Assembly: GCA_963741945.1 (NCBI GenBank) | Contig: CAVUKA010000001.1 | Location: 384,001 to 448,000, forward strand | From: an uncultured Gemmatimonadales bacterium | GTDB lineage: Bacteria; Gemmatimonadota; Gemmatimonadetes; Longimicrobiales; RSA9 | DNA length: 64,000 bases | Direction of reading: 5' to 3' | Shown here: positions 41,668-50,539 of the stretch, piece by piece | Layout: each line of letters starts with the position of its first letter | How positions within the stretch are numbered: position 1 is the first letter of the stretch | Translations under genes and position numbers: made by a program | Notes under the pieces: generated by a model | What the model was told of the DNA's origin: nothing | Databases searched by the model: none | What the model saw: only the letters and a program-made list of their open reading frames with translations

Positions 41668-42767
41668 CGGATCTTCAGCGTGCTGAACGCCATGAGCGCG
41701 AACAGGATCCCGAGGATCCAGAAACGGATGATCACTTTGCTCTCCGCCCACCCGCGCTGTTCGAAATGGTGGTGAAGCGGGGCCATGCGCAGGAGGCGGC
41801 GTCCCTGGCCATAGCGCCGGACGCTGTACTTGAAGTAGCCCACCTGGCCGATGACGCTGAGCGCTTCCAGCACGAACACCCCACCCACCAGCACGAGCAG
41901 CAGCTCCATCTTGAGCAGGATGGCCGCGGCCCCGATCCCGCCCCCGAGGGCGAGGGAGCCGGTGTCGCCCATGAAGACCTCGGCAGGGTGGGCGTTGAAC
42001 CAGAGGAAGCCCAGGGCGGCCCCTGCGAGGGCTACGCAGAAGATCGCGAGCTCGCCAGCGCCCGGGATGTACATGAGGCCCAGGTACCGGGAGGTGTCCA
42101 CGCGCCCGATGACGTAGGCGAAGACCGCGAAGGTGGCAGCGGCGATGGCGGCCAGGCCGGCCGCGAGCCCGTCGAGGCCATCACTCAGGTTGACTGCGTT
42201 GGAGCTGCCGGCGAGGACGAGCATCACCCAGGGGACGAAGGCCAGGGGGAGGAACGCCAGGTGCCAGTTGGCGAGGAAAGGCACCATGGTCCACGTCGGG
42301 TTGCGGAGCACGGGGAGGAACAGCAGGGCGAGGGCGAGGAGGAGACCGATCATCCCCTGCCCCACCAGCTTGTATTTGGCGACCAGGCCTTCCGTTCGGC
42401 GCCGGACCACCTTCAGATAGTCGTCCAGGAAGCCCAGAGCGCCCGTCCACAGCAGGGCCACCAGGCAGAGGATCACGTTCCAGGACGTGAGATTGGCCCA
42501 GAGCAAGGTGGAGACGGTGGTCGCGGTCAGGATCAGCACGCCCCCCATGGTGGGCGTCCCCGCCTTCGCCAGGTGCTCCGACGGCCCTTCCTCACGCACG
42601 ACCTGCCCCACGCGCAGGGAGCGCAGCCGGCGGATGATCCAGGGGCCGAGGAGGAACGACAGGACCAGGGCCGTGACCATGGAGCCGGCAGCCCGGAAGG
42701 TGATGTACCGGAACAGGTTGAACACGATGTGGTGCTCAGCGAGCGGCGCGAGGAAGTGGTAGAGCAT
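41664..42767 (-). CDS. mraY: Phospho-MurNAc-pentapeptide transferase
   Basis: KAGTPTMGG, DDYLK, NAVNLSDGLDGL, FMGDTGS, MAPLHHHFE. Confidence 0.98.
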   Translation of the reverse strand: MLYHFLAPLAEHHIVFNLFRYITFRAAGSMVTALVLSFLLGPWIIRRLRSLRVGQVVREEGPSEHLAKAGTPTMGGVLILTATTVSTLLWANLTSWNVILCLVALLWTGALGFLDDYLKVVRRRTEGLVAKYKLVGQGMIGLLLALALLFLPVLRNPTWTMVPFLANWHLAFLPLAFVPWVMLVLAGSSNAVNLSDGLDGLAAGLAAIAAATFAVFAYVIGRVDTSRYLGLMYIPGAGELAIFCVALAGAALGFLWFNAHPAEVFMGDTGSLALGGGIGAAAILLKMELLLVLVGGVFVLEALSVIGQVGYFKYSVRRYGQGRRLLRMAPLHHHFEQRGWAESKVIIRFWILGILFALMAFSTLKIR

Positions 42768-42771
42768 CGCG

Positions 42772-44178
42772 TCAGCCCCCGTGTTCCGCGGTGTCGCCGA
42801 AGTCCGCCTCCAACCGCGGGAGCAGGCGCTCCAGCGCAACGCCACGCGACCCCTTCAGCAGCACCACTTCATCCCCCGTCAGCCGTTCGGACAACACCGT
42901 GGCCGCGGCGTCGAGATCATCGGCGAGGACGACCCTGTCTCCGGCATCGACGCCCACGGAGCGGAACGCGGGGACGAAGAGTCCCGTTGCGACAATGAGG
43001 TCCACGTCCGCCTCGGCCAGCCGGCGGGCGGACTCCTGATGCAGCGCCTCGCTCCGGGCGCCGAGCTCCAGCATGGAGCCCACGACCACCACACGGCCAC
43101 CCGCGCGGGGCATGTTCACGAGCGTATCGAGAGCGGCCGCAAGACTGCCGGGATTCGCGTTGTAGCAGTCCGCCAGGACCGTCAGCTTCCCCATCCGTCG
43201 CACCTCGCCGCGCATCTTCGGCGCGGGCATGCTCGCCAGCGCGTCCAGCGCCGCATCGATGTCCACGCCCCACTGCAATCCCACGCCGAGAGCGAGCAGC
43301 GCATTTCGGGCATGCGCGCGGCCGCCGAATGGGAGGCGGACCTTCCGCCGCTGCCAGGTGAAATGGACCCGACCGTCCTCGTCGATCCCCAGCTCCCTGG
43401 CGAACAGGTCGGCGTCCGCGCGACGCGTCCAGCCTGCCACGCGGACCCGCCGCGCGAGCGAGCGCGCCCGTTCCGGGAGCGAGGGCGGCTCGTCCGCCAC
43501 GATCGCCACACCGTCCGGCCGCAGGCGCGAGAGCAGCGACGTCTTTTCGCGGAGCACGCCCTCGACGGTGCCGAACCCTTCCAGGTGGCCTTCGGCGACG
43601 GCAGTGATCACGGCCACATCGGGCTCCACCATCTCCGCCAACCGCGCGATCTCGCCCGGGGCGTTGGTTCCGATCTCCACGACCAGCGCCTCGGTCGACT
43701 CCGGCGCCGCCAGCAGGGTCAACGGCGCGCCGACCAGGTTGTTCAGGTTGGCCTCGGTGGCATGCGTGGCGAAGCGCGTGGCCAGGATCGCCCGAGTCAT
43801 CTCCTTCGTCGTCGTCTTGCCATTCGTCCCCGTGATGGCCACCACGTGGGCGCCCAGCTTCCGGCGCCGGAACAACCCGAGACGGCCCAGGGCCGTGAGC
43901 GTGTCGGGGACGCGATAGTAGCGGAGCGGTGGCGCGTCCGGCGGCACCTTGTCCACCACCGCCGCCACGGCACCGCTCTGGGCGGCACGGGCCAGGAAGT
44001 CGTGGCCGTCGAAGTTGTCTCCGTGCAGCGCCACGAACAGGTCGCCGGATTCGATGGAGCGCGTATCGGTGCTCACGCCCGCGAACTCCGAGAAGGAAGG
44101 ACGCCCCCCGTTGCCGACATCCGTCGGCACCGCGAGCCGCAGCGCGGCCATGACTTCGTGCTCCGTCCAGCGACTCAT
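42772..44178 (-). CDS. murF: UDP-MurNAc-tripeptide--D-Ala-D-Ala ligase
   Basis: STDTR, FDGHDF, TGTNGKTTTK, DCYNANP, MLELG, LKGSRG. Confidence 0.97.
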   Translation of the reverse strand: MSRWTEHEVMAALRLAVPTDVGNGGRPSFSEFAGVSTDTRSIESGDLFVALHGDNFDGHDFLARAAQSGAVAAVVDKVPPDAPPLRYYRVPDTLTALGRLGLFRRRKLGAHVVAITGTNGKTTTKEMTRAILATRFATHATEANLNNLVGAPLTLLAAPESTEALVVEIGTNAPGEIARLAEMVEPDVAVITAVAEGHLEGFGTVEGVLREKTSLLSRLRPDGVAIVADEPPSLPERARSLARRVRVAGWTRRADADLFARELGIDEDGRVHFTWQRRKVRLPFGGRAHARNALLALGVGLQWGVDIDAALDALASMPAPKMRGEVRRMGKLTVLADCYNANPGSLAAALDTLVNMPRAGGRVVVVGSMLELGARSEALHQESARRLAEADVDLIVATGLFVPAFRSVGVDAGDRVVLADDLDAAATVLSERLTGDEVVLLKGSRGVALERLLPRLEADFGDTAEHGG

Positions 44179-45680
44179 TCCGCCCTGCCTTCCCGCGCGT
44201 TCCATTCGGCGACGATCCGGCGCTCGTCGAAAGGAAGGCTGCGCGTTCCCACCACCTGGTACGTCTCGTGACCCTTCCCGGCGAGGACGATCACGTCCTC
44301 CGGGCGCGCCAGCTCCAGCGCACGGGCAATGGCCAGCCGGCGGTCGGTGATCCGGATCACGTCCTCCCGCTCGATCCCGGCCATGATCTCGTCGATGATG
44401 GCGTCGGGGTCTTCCGTCCTGGGATTGTCCGAGGTCACGATCACCACATCAGCCAGGCGCGATGCCACTTCACCCATCGTCGACCGCTTGCCGCGGTCCC
44501 GATCGCCACCGGCACCGAACACCAGGATGACTCGCCCGGCGCCCAGCGACTCGAGCGCGCCGAGTACCCTCTCCAGCGCGTCGGGCGTGTGCGCGTAGTC
44601 CGTGACCACCCGGCAGGGGCGGTCAGCCACCCGCTCCAGCCGGCCCGGCACCTGCGGTGCGCTCGACAGCGATCGCGCCACTTCCTCCAGCTCGAGTCCG
44701 AGCCCGAGCGCGGCGGCGGCCGCGGCCAGCGCATTCTGCACGTTGTACGCCCCGAGCAGGGGCAGCTCCACGCGGGTCCGGCCCCGCGGCGTGTCGAGGA
44801 GGAACCGCGCGCCGTGCACCCCCAGGTCCACGTCCCTGGCCACCACGTCCGCGTCAGCCTCGCCGCGACCACCCTCGATGGCGTACCGGAGCGCGCGGGG
44901 GGCGCGCCTCTCCAGCCCATCCCACGCGGGGTCATCGGCGTTGATCACCGCGACGCCGTCCGCGGCCACCAGTTCCACGAACTCCCGCTTCGTGGCCCGA
45001 TACCGCTCCAGCGAGCCGTGGTAATCCAGGTGGTCGCGCGTGAGGTTCGTGAACACCACGGCCTGGAACCGCAGAGCCTGGACGCGGCACTGGTCCAGCG
45101 CGTGAGAGGACACTTCCATGGCCACGGCTTCCGTCCCATGGTCCGCGAACCGGCGCATCGACTTGGCCATCTCCACGGGCCCGGGCGTGGTCAGTCCCTC
45201 CCCGCCCGGCAGCGGGACCCCGGCCTCGAGCACCGCGCCCACCGTGCCCAGAGAGCCCGTGGCAAACCGCGCGGAGAGCACGTGCCGGAGGATCCAGACC
45301 GTGGTGGTCTTTCCGTTCGTTCCCGTGACGCCCGCCAGGACCAGCTCCGTGGTCGGCCGCGCCATCACTTCGTCCGCCGCCACCGCGGCCGCGTGACGAC
45401 CATTCGTAACCACCACCTGCGGCAGCTCTGCTTCCGCGCGCCGCTCCACGATCGCGGCCGCCGCGCCCATGGCCGCCGCCTGCGCGACGAAGCGGTGCGC
45501 GTCCGTGCCCGTTCCCGCCCACGCGCAGAAGAGGTCGCCGGGAAGCAGGACCCGGCTGTCCGCGGTCACGCCCTCCAGCTGCGGGTCGACCGTGGGCGCT
45601 GCCCGCACGAGTCCCTCGGCCTCCAGGCGCGCCACCACCCGGGCCAACCGGATCGGCGACGGGGCGCGCAGCTCCATCAC
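44175..45680 (-). CDS. murE: UDP-MurNAc-dipeptide--diaminopimelate ligase
   Basis: TGTNGKTT, MEVSSHAL, NLTRDHLDYH, DYAHTPD, DAP-specificity motif DNPR, AGKGHE. Confidence 0.97.
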   Translation of the reverse strand: MMELRAPSPIRLARVVARLEAEGLVRAAPTVDPQLEGVTADSRVLLPGDLFCAWAGTGTDAHRFVAQAAAMGAAAAIVERRAEAELPQVVVTNGRHAAAVAADEVMARPTTELVLAGVTGTNGKTTTVWILRHVLSARFATGSLGTVGAVLEAGVPLPGGEGLTTPGPVEMAKSMRRFADHGTEAVAMEVSSHALDQCRVQALRFQAVVFTNLTRDHLDYHGSLERYRATKREFVELVAADGVAVINADDPAWDGLERRAPRALRYAIEGGRGEADADVVARDVDLGVHGARFLLDTPRGRTRVELPLLGAYNVQNALAAAAAALGLGLELEEVARSLSSAPQVPGRLERVADRPCRVVTDYAHTPDALERVLGALESLGAGRVILVFGAGGDRDRGKRSTMGEVASRLADVVIVTSDNPRTEDPDAIIDEIMAGIEREDVIRITDRRLAIARALELARPEDVIVLAGKGHETYQVVGTRSLPFDERRIVAEWNAREGRAE

Positions 45681-47641
45681 CGCGTCCCGCCCAGCGTCAG
45701 GCGCACAATGCCTCCTCGCCCCACCGCCGATCCGGGTGCCGGCGCCGTCTTCAGGACCCGACCGGCTCCCAGCAGCGCCACCCGGAACCCCGCCGCGTGC
45801 AGGCGCGCCGCCGCGTCCCGGGCGTTCTCGCCCCTGACATCCGGTACTCTCAGCGCGCTCGGCTCCGGCGCGCGCCGCGGCGGCCCGGCGTCCATCCGGA
45901 AGACGAACGGTCCGGACGCGGCCGCCGGCCACCCGCCGCTCCAGGCCACGGGCGTCGGCACGGTCCCGCCCGGGTCCGGGACTGTCGATATCATTGCCGC
46001 CCGGTTCAGCGGCGAGGTGCGCGCCGCCAGCGCGGCGGCCAGCGTCGAGCGCGTGACGGGAGCGGCCACGGCACCGCCGTAATGGCTGCCCCGGTCCAGC
46101 TTCACGAGGAAGACCAGCTGCGGGTCCTGCGCGGGGAAGAAGCCCGCGAACGAGGCCGTGAACTCGTCGCGATGGTAGCGCCCGTTCTCGAACACCCTCG
46201 CCGTCCCCGTCTTCCCCGCCACGTGGAAGTCGCCGAGGCCGGCACGTCGGCCCGTGCCGCCCTCCACCACGTCCGCCAGCACCCCAGCGACCTTCTCCGC
46301 CGTTTCCGCCCGGATCACGCGACGCAGCTCGCGCGGCTCGGTTCGGAGCAGGACCTTCCCGGCCTCGTCGCGGATCTCGCGGACCAGCCGCGGCTCCAGG
46401 AGCCGGCCACCGTTCGCGATCGCCCCGTACGCCATGGTCATCTGGAGCGGCGTGACCGAGATCTCGTACCCCATGGCCATGCTGGCCTGCGTGTACGCGC
46501 TCCACCGCTCCGGCCGCTCCAGACGGCCGCCGGACTCCGACGGGTAGAGGATCCCCGTGGGAGTGCCGAACCCGAAGTCCCGCAGGGTGGCGTACTGCTC
46601 GTCCGCCTGGAGCCGCGCCGACAGTTTGGACATCCCGATGTTCGACGAGTGCTGCAGGACTTCCGCCGCCGTGAGCCAGCCGAGGTTCTCCACGTCGGAG
46701 ATCGTCCGCGCGCCCAGGCGGTAGCTGCCGTTCTCCGCGAAGACGGAGTCCGTCAGCGCCACACGGTCCCGGTCCAGCAGCGCCGACATGACGAACGGCT
46801 TCATGGTCGACCCGGGCTCGTACGGGTCCGTCACGCCCCTCCACACCCGGCTCCCATCCGGACGACGACTCGCCGCGGCCAGCACCTCCCCGGTTCGCGG
46901 ATCCACGAACATCAGGTCCCCGCCCGTGGCGTCGTTCTCCGCCAGTGCCTCGTCCAGCGCGCCTTCGGCGATCTCCTGGAGCCCGACGTCCAGCGTCAGA
47001 TAGACGCTCCGACCCGGACGCGGCTTGCGGACGGGCACGAGCGCGCCCGGGATCGGCTCCCCGCGCGCGTCCCGCCGCACCACCGCGAATCCATCCTCGC
47101 CCCGCAGCAGCGAGTCCAGCTCCAGCTCCAGACCGCCCAGTGGCCGGCCCTCGGCCGTGGTGCGGCCCAGCAGCTCAAGCGCCACTTCGCCGTGCGGACG
47201 GAACCGCTGGAGCACCCGCTCCAGGTACACGCCGCGGAGCGGCTCCAGCGTTTCGCGGGCGGGCGGCTCGTACAGCCCGGGGATCACCACCCAGCGGCGG
47301 CTCCGGTCCAGCGCCCGACGCACGCCCGCCCGATCGAGTCCGAGCTCCTTGCGCAGAGCCTCCGCCGTCCCGGCCCGGTCCACCACCTCTCGCGGAGCCA
47401 CCGACACGCGCACCATCTCCCGCGTGGCCGCGAGCGGTACGCCGGTGCGGTCGTAGATCGTGCCGCGCTCAGCCGGCAGGGGGACCCTGTCCCGCTGCTG
47501 GCGCACGGCCCGCCCCTGCCACTCCGCCGCTTCCAGCACCTGCACCTGGAAGCCCCGGCCCAGGAGCACCACCGCCCCGCCGACCAGGACCGCCAGCAGC
47601 AGCCGGCGACGCCGAACGTGAAGCGCCCCGTGCTGCGTCAC
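45677..47641 (-). CDS. ftsI: Class B penicillin-binding protein FtsI with C-terminal PASTA domain
   Basis: RGTIYDR, EPGSTMK (SxxK), SSN, KTGT; PASTA-like VPDVRG. Confidence 0.95.
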   Translation of the reverse strand: MTQHGALHVRRRRLLLAVLVGGAVVLLGRGFQVQVLEAAEWQGRAVRQQRDRVPLPAERGTIYDRTGVPLAATREMVRVSVAPREVVDRAGTAEALRKELGLDRAGVRRALDRSRRWVVIPGLYEPPARETLEPLRGVYLERVLQRFRPHGEVALELLGRTTAEGRPLGGLELELDSLLRGEDGFAVVRRDARGEPIPGALVPVRKPRPGRSVYLTLDVGLQEIAEGALDEALAENDATGGDLMFVDPRTGEVLAAASRRPDGSRVWRGVTDPYEPGSTMKPFVMSALLDRDRVALTDSVFAENGSYRLGARTISDVENLGWLTAAEVLQHSSNIGMSKLSARLQADEQYATLRDFGFGTPTGILYPSESGGRLERPERWSAYTQASMAMGYEISVTPLQMTMAYGAIANGGRLLEPRLVREIRDEAGKVLLRTEPRELRRVIRAETAEKVAGVLADVVEGGTGRRAGLGDFHVAGKTGTARVFENGRYHRDEFTASFAGFFPAQDPQLVFLVKLDRGSHYGGAVAAPVTRSTLAAALAARTSPLNRAAMISTVPDPGGTVPTPVAWSGGWPAAASGPFVFRMDAGPPRRAPEPSALRVPDVRGENARDAAARLHAAGFRVALLGAGRVLKTAPAPGSAVGRGGIVRLTLGGTR

Positions 47642-47994
47642 CCGGCGCCGCCCCCCTTCGCCCCGGCCCGCCCCACCGCCAACGCCGGCCCCGCAGGCTC
47701 ACGAAGCGACAGGATCACGATCTCCTGGCCCGTGGGCAGACGCATGCCGAATCGCGCGGACACCGCCTCCGACACCCGCCCCCGGCTCTCGAGGTGGCTC
47801 ACCTGGCGATCCAGGGAAGCGCGCCTCGCCTCCTCCAGCACCCGCGACTGGCGCACTGCCTCCACTTCGCGCAGCATCGACAGCGCACGACTCTGCCGCC
47901 AAACCACCAGGGTCAGCGACGCAAGCAGCAGCCCGAACAGCAGCGCCGCACGGATCACCGGCGGCCCCTTCTTCCCCCGCTCCCTCTTGCTCAT
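47638..47994 (-). CDS. ftsL: Cell division protein FtsL-like
   Basis: Single TM plus coiled coil, located between rsmH and ftsI. Confidence 0.7.
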   Translation of the reverse strand: MSKRERGKKGPPVIRAALLFGLLLASLTLVVWRQSRALSMLREVEAVRQSRVLEEARRASLDRQVSHLESRGRVSEAVSARFGMRLPTGQEIVILSLREPAGPALAVGRAGAKGGGAG

Positions 47995-48914
47995 GCGGCT
48001 TTCCTCCACGCCCGCAGCCGAGCGCTCCGGGATCGCGGGTTCATTTCCACTTCACTCGCCGTCGGCCGCACCACCTTGCGTGTCAGCGTCTCCCCGAGCG
48101 GACGGCCGCGGCACTGGCAGACCGGCAGCTCCGGCGGGCAGATGCACGCGCGACTCCACTCCCGGAACGCGTTCTTCACCCGGCGGTCCTCCAGCGAATG
48201 GTAGGAGATCACGACCATGACCCCGGCAGGCGACAACGCCTCCCGCAGCGCGTCCAGCCCACGGTCCAGCGCGGACAGCTCCGCGTTCACCTCGATCCGC
48301 AGCGCCTGGAACACCCGCGCGCGGTCCTGCGGCTTCAGCCGCGGGCCGTACGCCTCTTCCAGGACCCGGTTCAGATCGTCGCTGGTGGTGAACGGCGATT
48401 CCGCCCGGCGGGCCACGATGCGGCGGGCGATCGACCTCGCCCTCGGCTCCTCGCCGTAGTCGCGCAACAGCTCCACGAGCATTGCTTCCTCGTACGTGTT
48501 CAGGATCTCCGCCGCCGTCGCCTCCCCCGCCGCGTCACCCGCCATCCGCATGTCCAGCGGACTGCCCTCCCGGAAGCTGAAGCCCCGCTCCAGCGCGTCG
48601 ATCTGATGCGACGAAACGCCCAGGTCGAGCAGCGCTCCCGCCAGCTGCGACTCGAGGCGCTCCGCCACGTCCGCGTAGTTCCCCCGCTCCGCCTCGAACC
48701 GGACTCCGAACGCCGACAGCCGTGCGCGCGCCGCATCGATCGCTTCCGGATCCCGATCCACTCCGAGCACCCGCGCCTCCCCTCCCGCCTCCAGGATCGC
48801 CACCGCGTGACCGCCCCCGCCCAGCGTACCATCCAGGAACAGGCCCCCGCGCACGGGATCCAGCCACTTGATCACTTCGTCCACGAGCACCGGGGTGTGA
48901 TAGCGCTCGCTCAT
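47991..48914 (-). CDS. rsmH: 16S rRNA m4C1402 methyltransferase
   Basis: HTPVL, DGTLGGGGH, DLGVSS, PLDMRM, ISYHSLEDR, NPRSRSA. Confidence 0.98.
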   Translation of the reverse strand: MSERYHTPVLVDEVIKWLDPVRGGLFLDGTLGGGGHAVAILEAGGEARVLGVDRDPEAIDAARARLSAFGVRFEAERGNYADVAERLESQLAGALLDLGVSSHQIDALERGFSFREGSPLDMRMAGDAAGEATAAEILNTYEEAMLVELLRDYGEEPRARSIARRIVARRAESPFTTSDDLNRVLEEAYGPRLKPQDRARVFQALRIEVNAELSALDRGLDALREALSPAGVMVVISYHSLEDRRVKNAFREWSRACICPPELPVCQCRGRPLGETLTRKVVRPTASEVEMNPRSRSARLRAWRKAA

Positions 48915-48945
48915 GCCGCACCCCGGTCGATCCGCACCGACCGCC

Positions 48946-49377
48946 TCAGCGGAAGATCTGCGGTGCGTACCGCTCGAACTTCTCTTCCTTCGACTGCACC
49001 GCGACCTCGAAGTCCGGCGGGTTCCACAGCTCCACCTTGTCGATTGCCCCCACCATGAGAACCTGCCCCGACAGGTTGGCCGCCTCCTGCAGCTTTGCAG
49101 GGATCAGGATTCGACCCTGCGTGTCCGGCGATACCGGCACTGCGTTCGACATCATCCGGAGCACCCACATCCGCGCGTCCGGGTCGTTCCGAAGCAGTCC
49201 CCGCAAACGCTCTTCCACCCCCCGCCACGCGGTTTCCGGGTACAGCGCGAGCGACGGGCGATAGACCTGGAGCAGCACGAAATGCTGATCCTCCGCCTCC
49301 CGCCGAAACGGGGCCGGCAGGCTCACCCGCCCCTTCTCGTCCAGCGCGTACGTGTAGCTGCCCAGGAAAGTCGACAC
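48946..49377 (-). CDS. mraZ: Transcriptional regulator MraZ
   Basis: FLGSY..LDEKGRVSLP, DTQGRILIP, VELW; first gene of the dcw cluster. Confidence 0.95.
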   Translation of the reverse strand: MSTFLGSYTYALDEKGRVSLPAPFRREAEDQHFVLLQVYRPSLALYPETAWRGVEERLRGLLRNDPDARMWVLRMMSNAVPVSPDTQGRILIPAKLQEAANLSGQVLMVGAIDKVELWNPPDFEVAVQSKEEKFERYAPQIFR

Positions 49378-49408
49378 GCCCGGTCCCTTCGTGTCGTCGT
49401 GGCCCCTG

Positions 49409-49466
49409 TCCCCACTTCTCCCCACTCGTCCCCACCAACCTAGGAATCTGCCCCACCTGGTGTCAA
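49409..49466 (-). promoter_or_regulatory. dcw promoter with MraZ-binding repeats
   Basis: Minus strand: TTGACA-N18-TAGGTT, then three GTGGGGA repeats at exact 10-bp spacing (49409-15, 49419-25, 49429-35), plus one GTGGGG in the spacer. Confidence 0.85.
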
Positions 49467-49596
49467 CCCTGTGGTTTCATGCGCCACCACGCGCGCCCGT
49501 GAGACAGCGATCCACCCCGGCCTGCCGCTTGCTGCCACGGGTGGATGGCGGCCCAGCGGGAGCGGGAAGAGCGAGCGAGAGCGAGAGGAGGGCGGG

Positions 49597-50478
49597 GTGA
49601 GAATCGGGCTCATCGTGCGGCCCCGGGAGGGGATGTCGGCGTTGGAGGAGCTGCGCGCCGCGGTTTCGACGATGCGCGCATCAGGGCACGAAGTGTGGCC
49701 GCGCCTGACGTTCGAGGATGGGGATGGTGTGCGCCTGTCGCGTGCGGCCGCGCGTGCGGGTGCGGACCTGGTGATTGCGGCCGGTGGGGATGGTACGGTG
49801 AACGAAGTCGTGAACGGGCTGCTGGAAGTGGAGGGGTGGCCGGGGCGAGTGGGGCTGGTGCCCACGGGAACGGCGAACGACTTCGCTGGGAGCGTGGGGA
49901 TCCCGGCGGATCTGGAGGGGGCGCTGGAGGTGGCGCTGCGTGGGAGTCCGCGCGAGGTGGACGTGGGGCGTGTGAATGCGCGCTATTTCGTGAACGTCTC
50001 GACGGGCGGCTTCGGCGCCGCGGCCACGGAGGAGACGGGATCGGAAACGAAGCGGCTGCTTGGCCCCTGGGCGTACGTGATCACGGGCGCGAGGCAGTTC
50101 TCGGACCTGCGGCCGGCCACGGTCCGTCTGGAGTCGGCGGAAGGAGAGGCACACGCGGGTGAGGTTCTGCTGTTCGCGGTGGGGAACGGGAAGCAGACGG
50201 GGGGCGGGACGATGTTGACGCCGCGCGCGGAGCTGGCGGACGGGCTGCTGGACGTGCTGGTGGTGCCGGGGATGCCGCGGCTGGACTTCCTCGCGCTGCT
50301 GCCGGACCTGCGGGCGGGCACCCACCTGGACCGCCCGGACATTCTGTATTTCCGGACCCGTCAGCTGCGCGTGGAAAGCGACGAGGAGCTGTCGGTGAAC
50401 GCGGATGGCGAGCCGCTGCGAGGCCGGCGCTTCGACTACGGCGTGGAGCCGCGGGCGATCCGGCTGATGACGCCCTGA
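49597..50478 (+). CDS. YegS/DAGK-family lipid kinase
   Basis: AGGDGTVNEVVNG, PTGTANDFA, GNG...GGG, DGLLDV, NADGE; GAGGAGG RBS before the GTG. Confidence 0.9.
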   Translation: MRIGLIVRPREGMSALEELRAAVSTMRASGHEVWPRLTFEDGDGVRLSRAAARAGADLVIAAGGDGTVNEVVNGLLEVEGWPGRVGLVPTGTANDFAGSVGIPADLEGALEVALRGSPREVDVGRVNARYFVNVSTGGFGAAATEETGSETKRLLGPWAYVITGARQFSDLRPATVRLESAEGEAHAGEVLLFAVGNGKQTGGGTMLTPRAELADGLLDVLVVPGMPRLDFLALLPDLRAGTHLDRPDILYFRTRQLRVESDEELSVNADGEPLRGRRFDYGVEPRAIRLMTP

Positions 50479-50485
50479 CGCACGA

Positions 50486-50516
50486 ACGCCGGCGGAGCGT
50501 GAAGCCCCGCCGGCGT
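50486..50516. terminator. Hairpin between convergent genes
   Basis: ACGCCGGCGG...CCGCCGGCGT inverted repeat. Confidence 0.55.
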
Positions 50517-50539
50517 CGCGTGAGCGGCCCCGCGCCGGT

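Noticed and set aside
49409-49435. Short periodic repeats as a CRISPR or tandem-repeat element
   Set aside because: The 10-bp period and position identify an MraZ operator; there are no spacers or cas genes.
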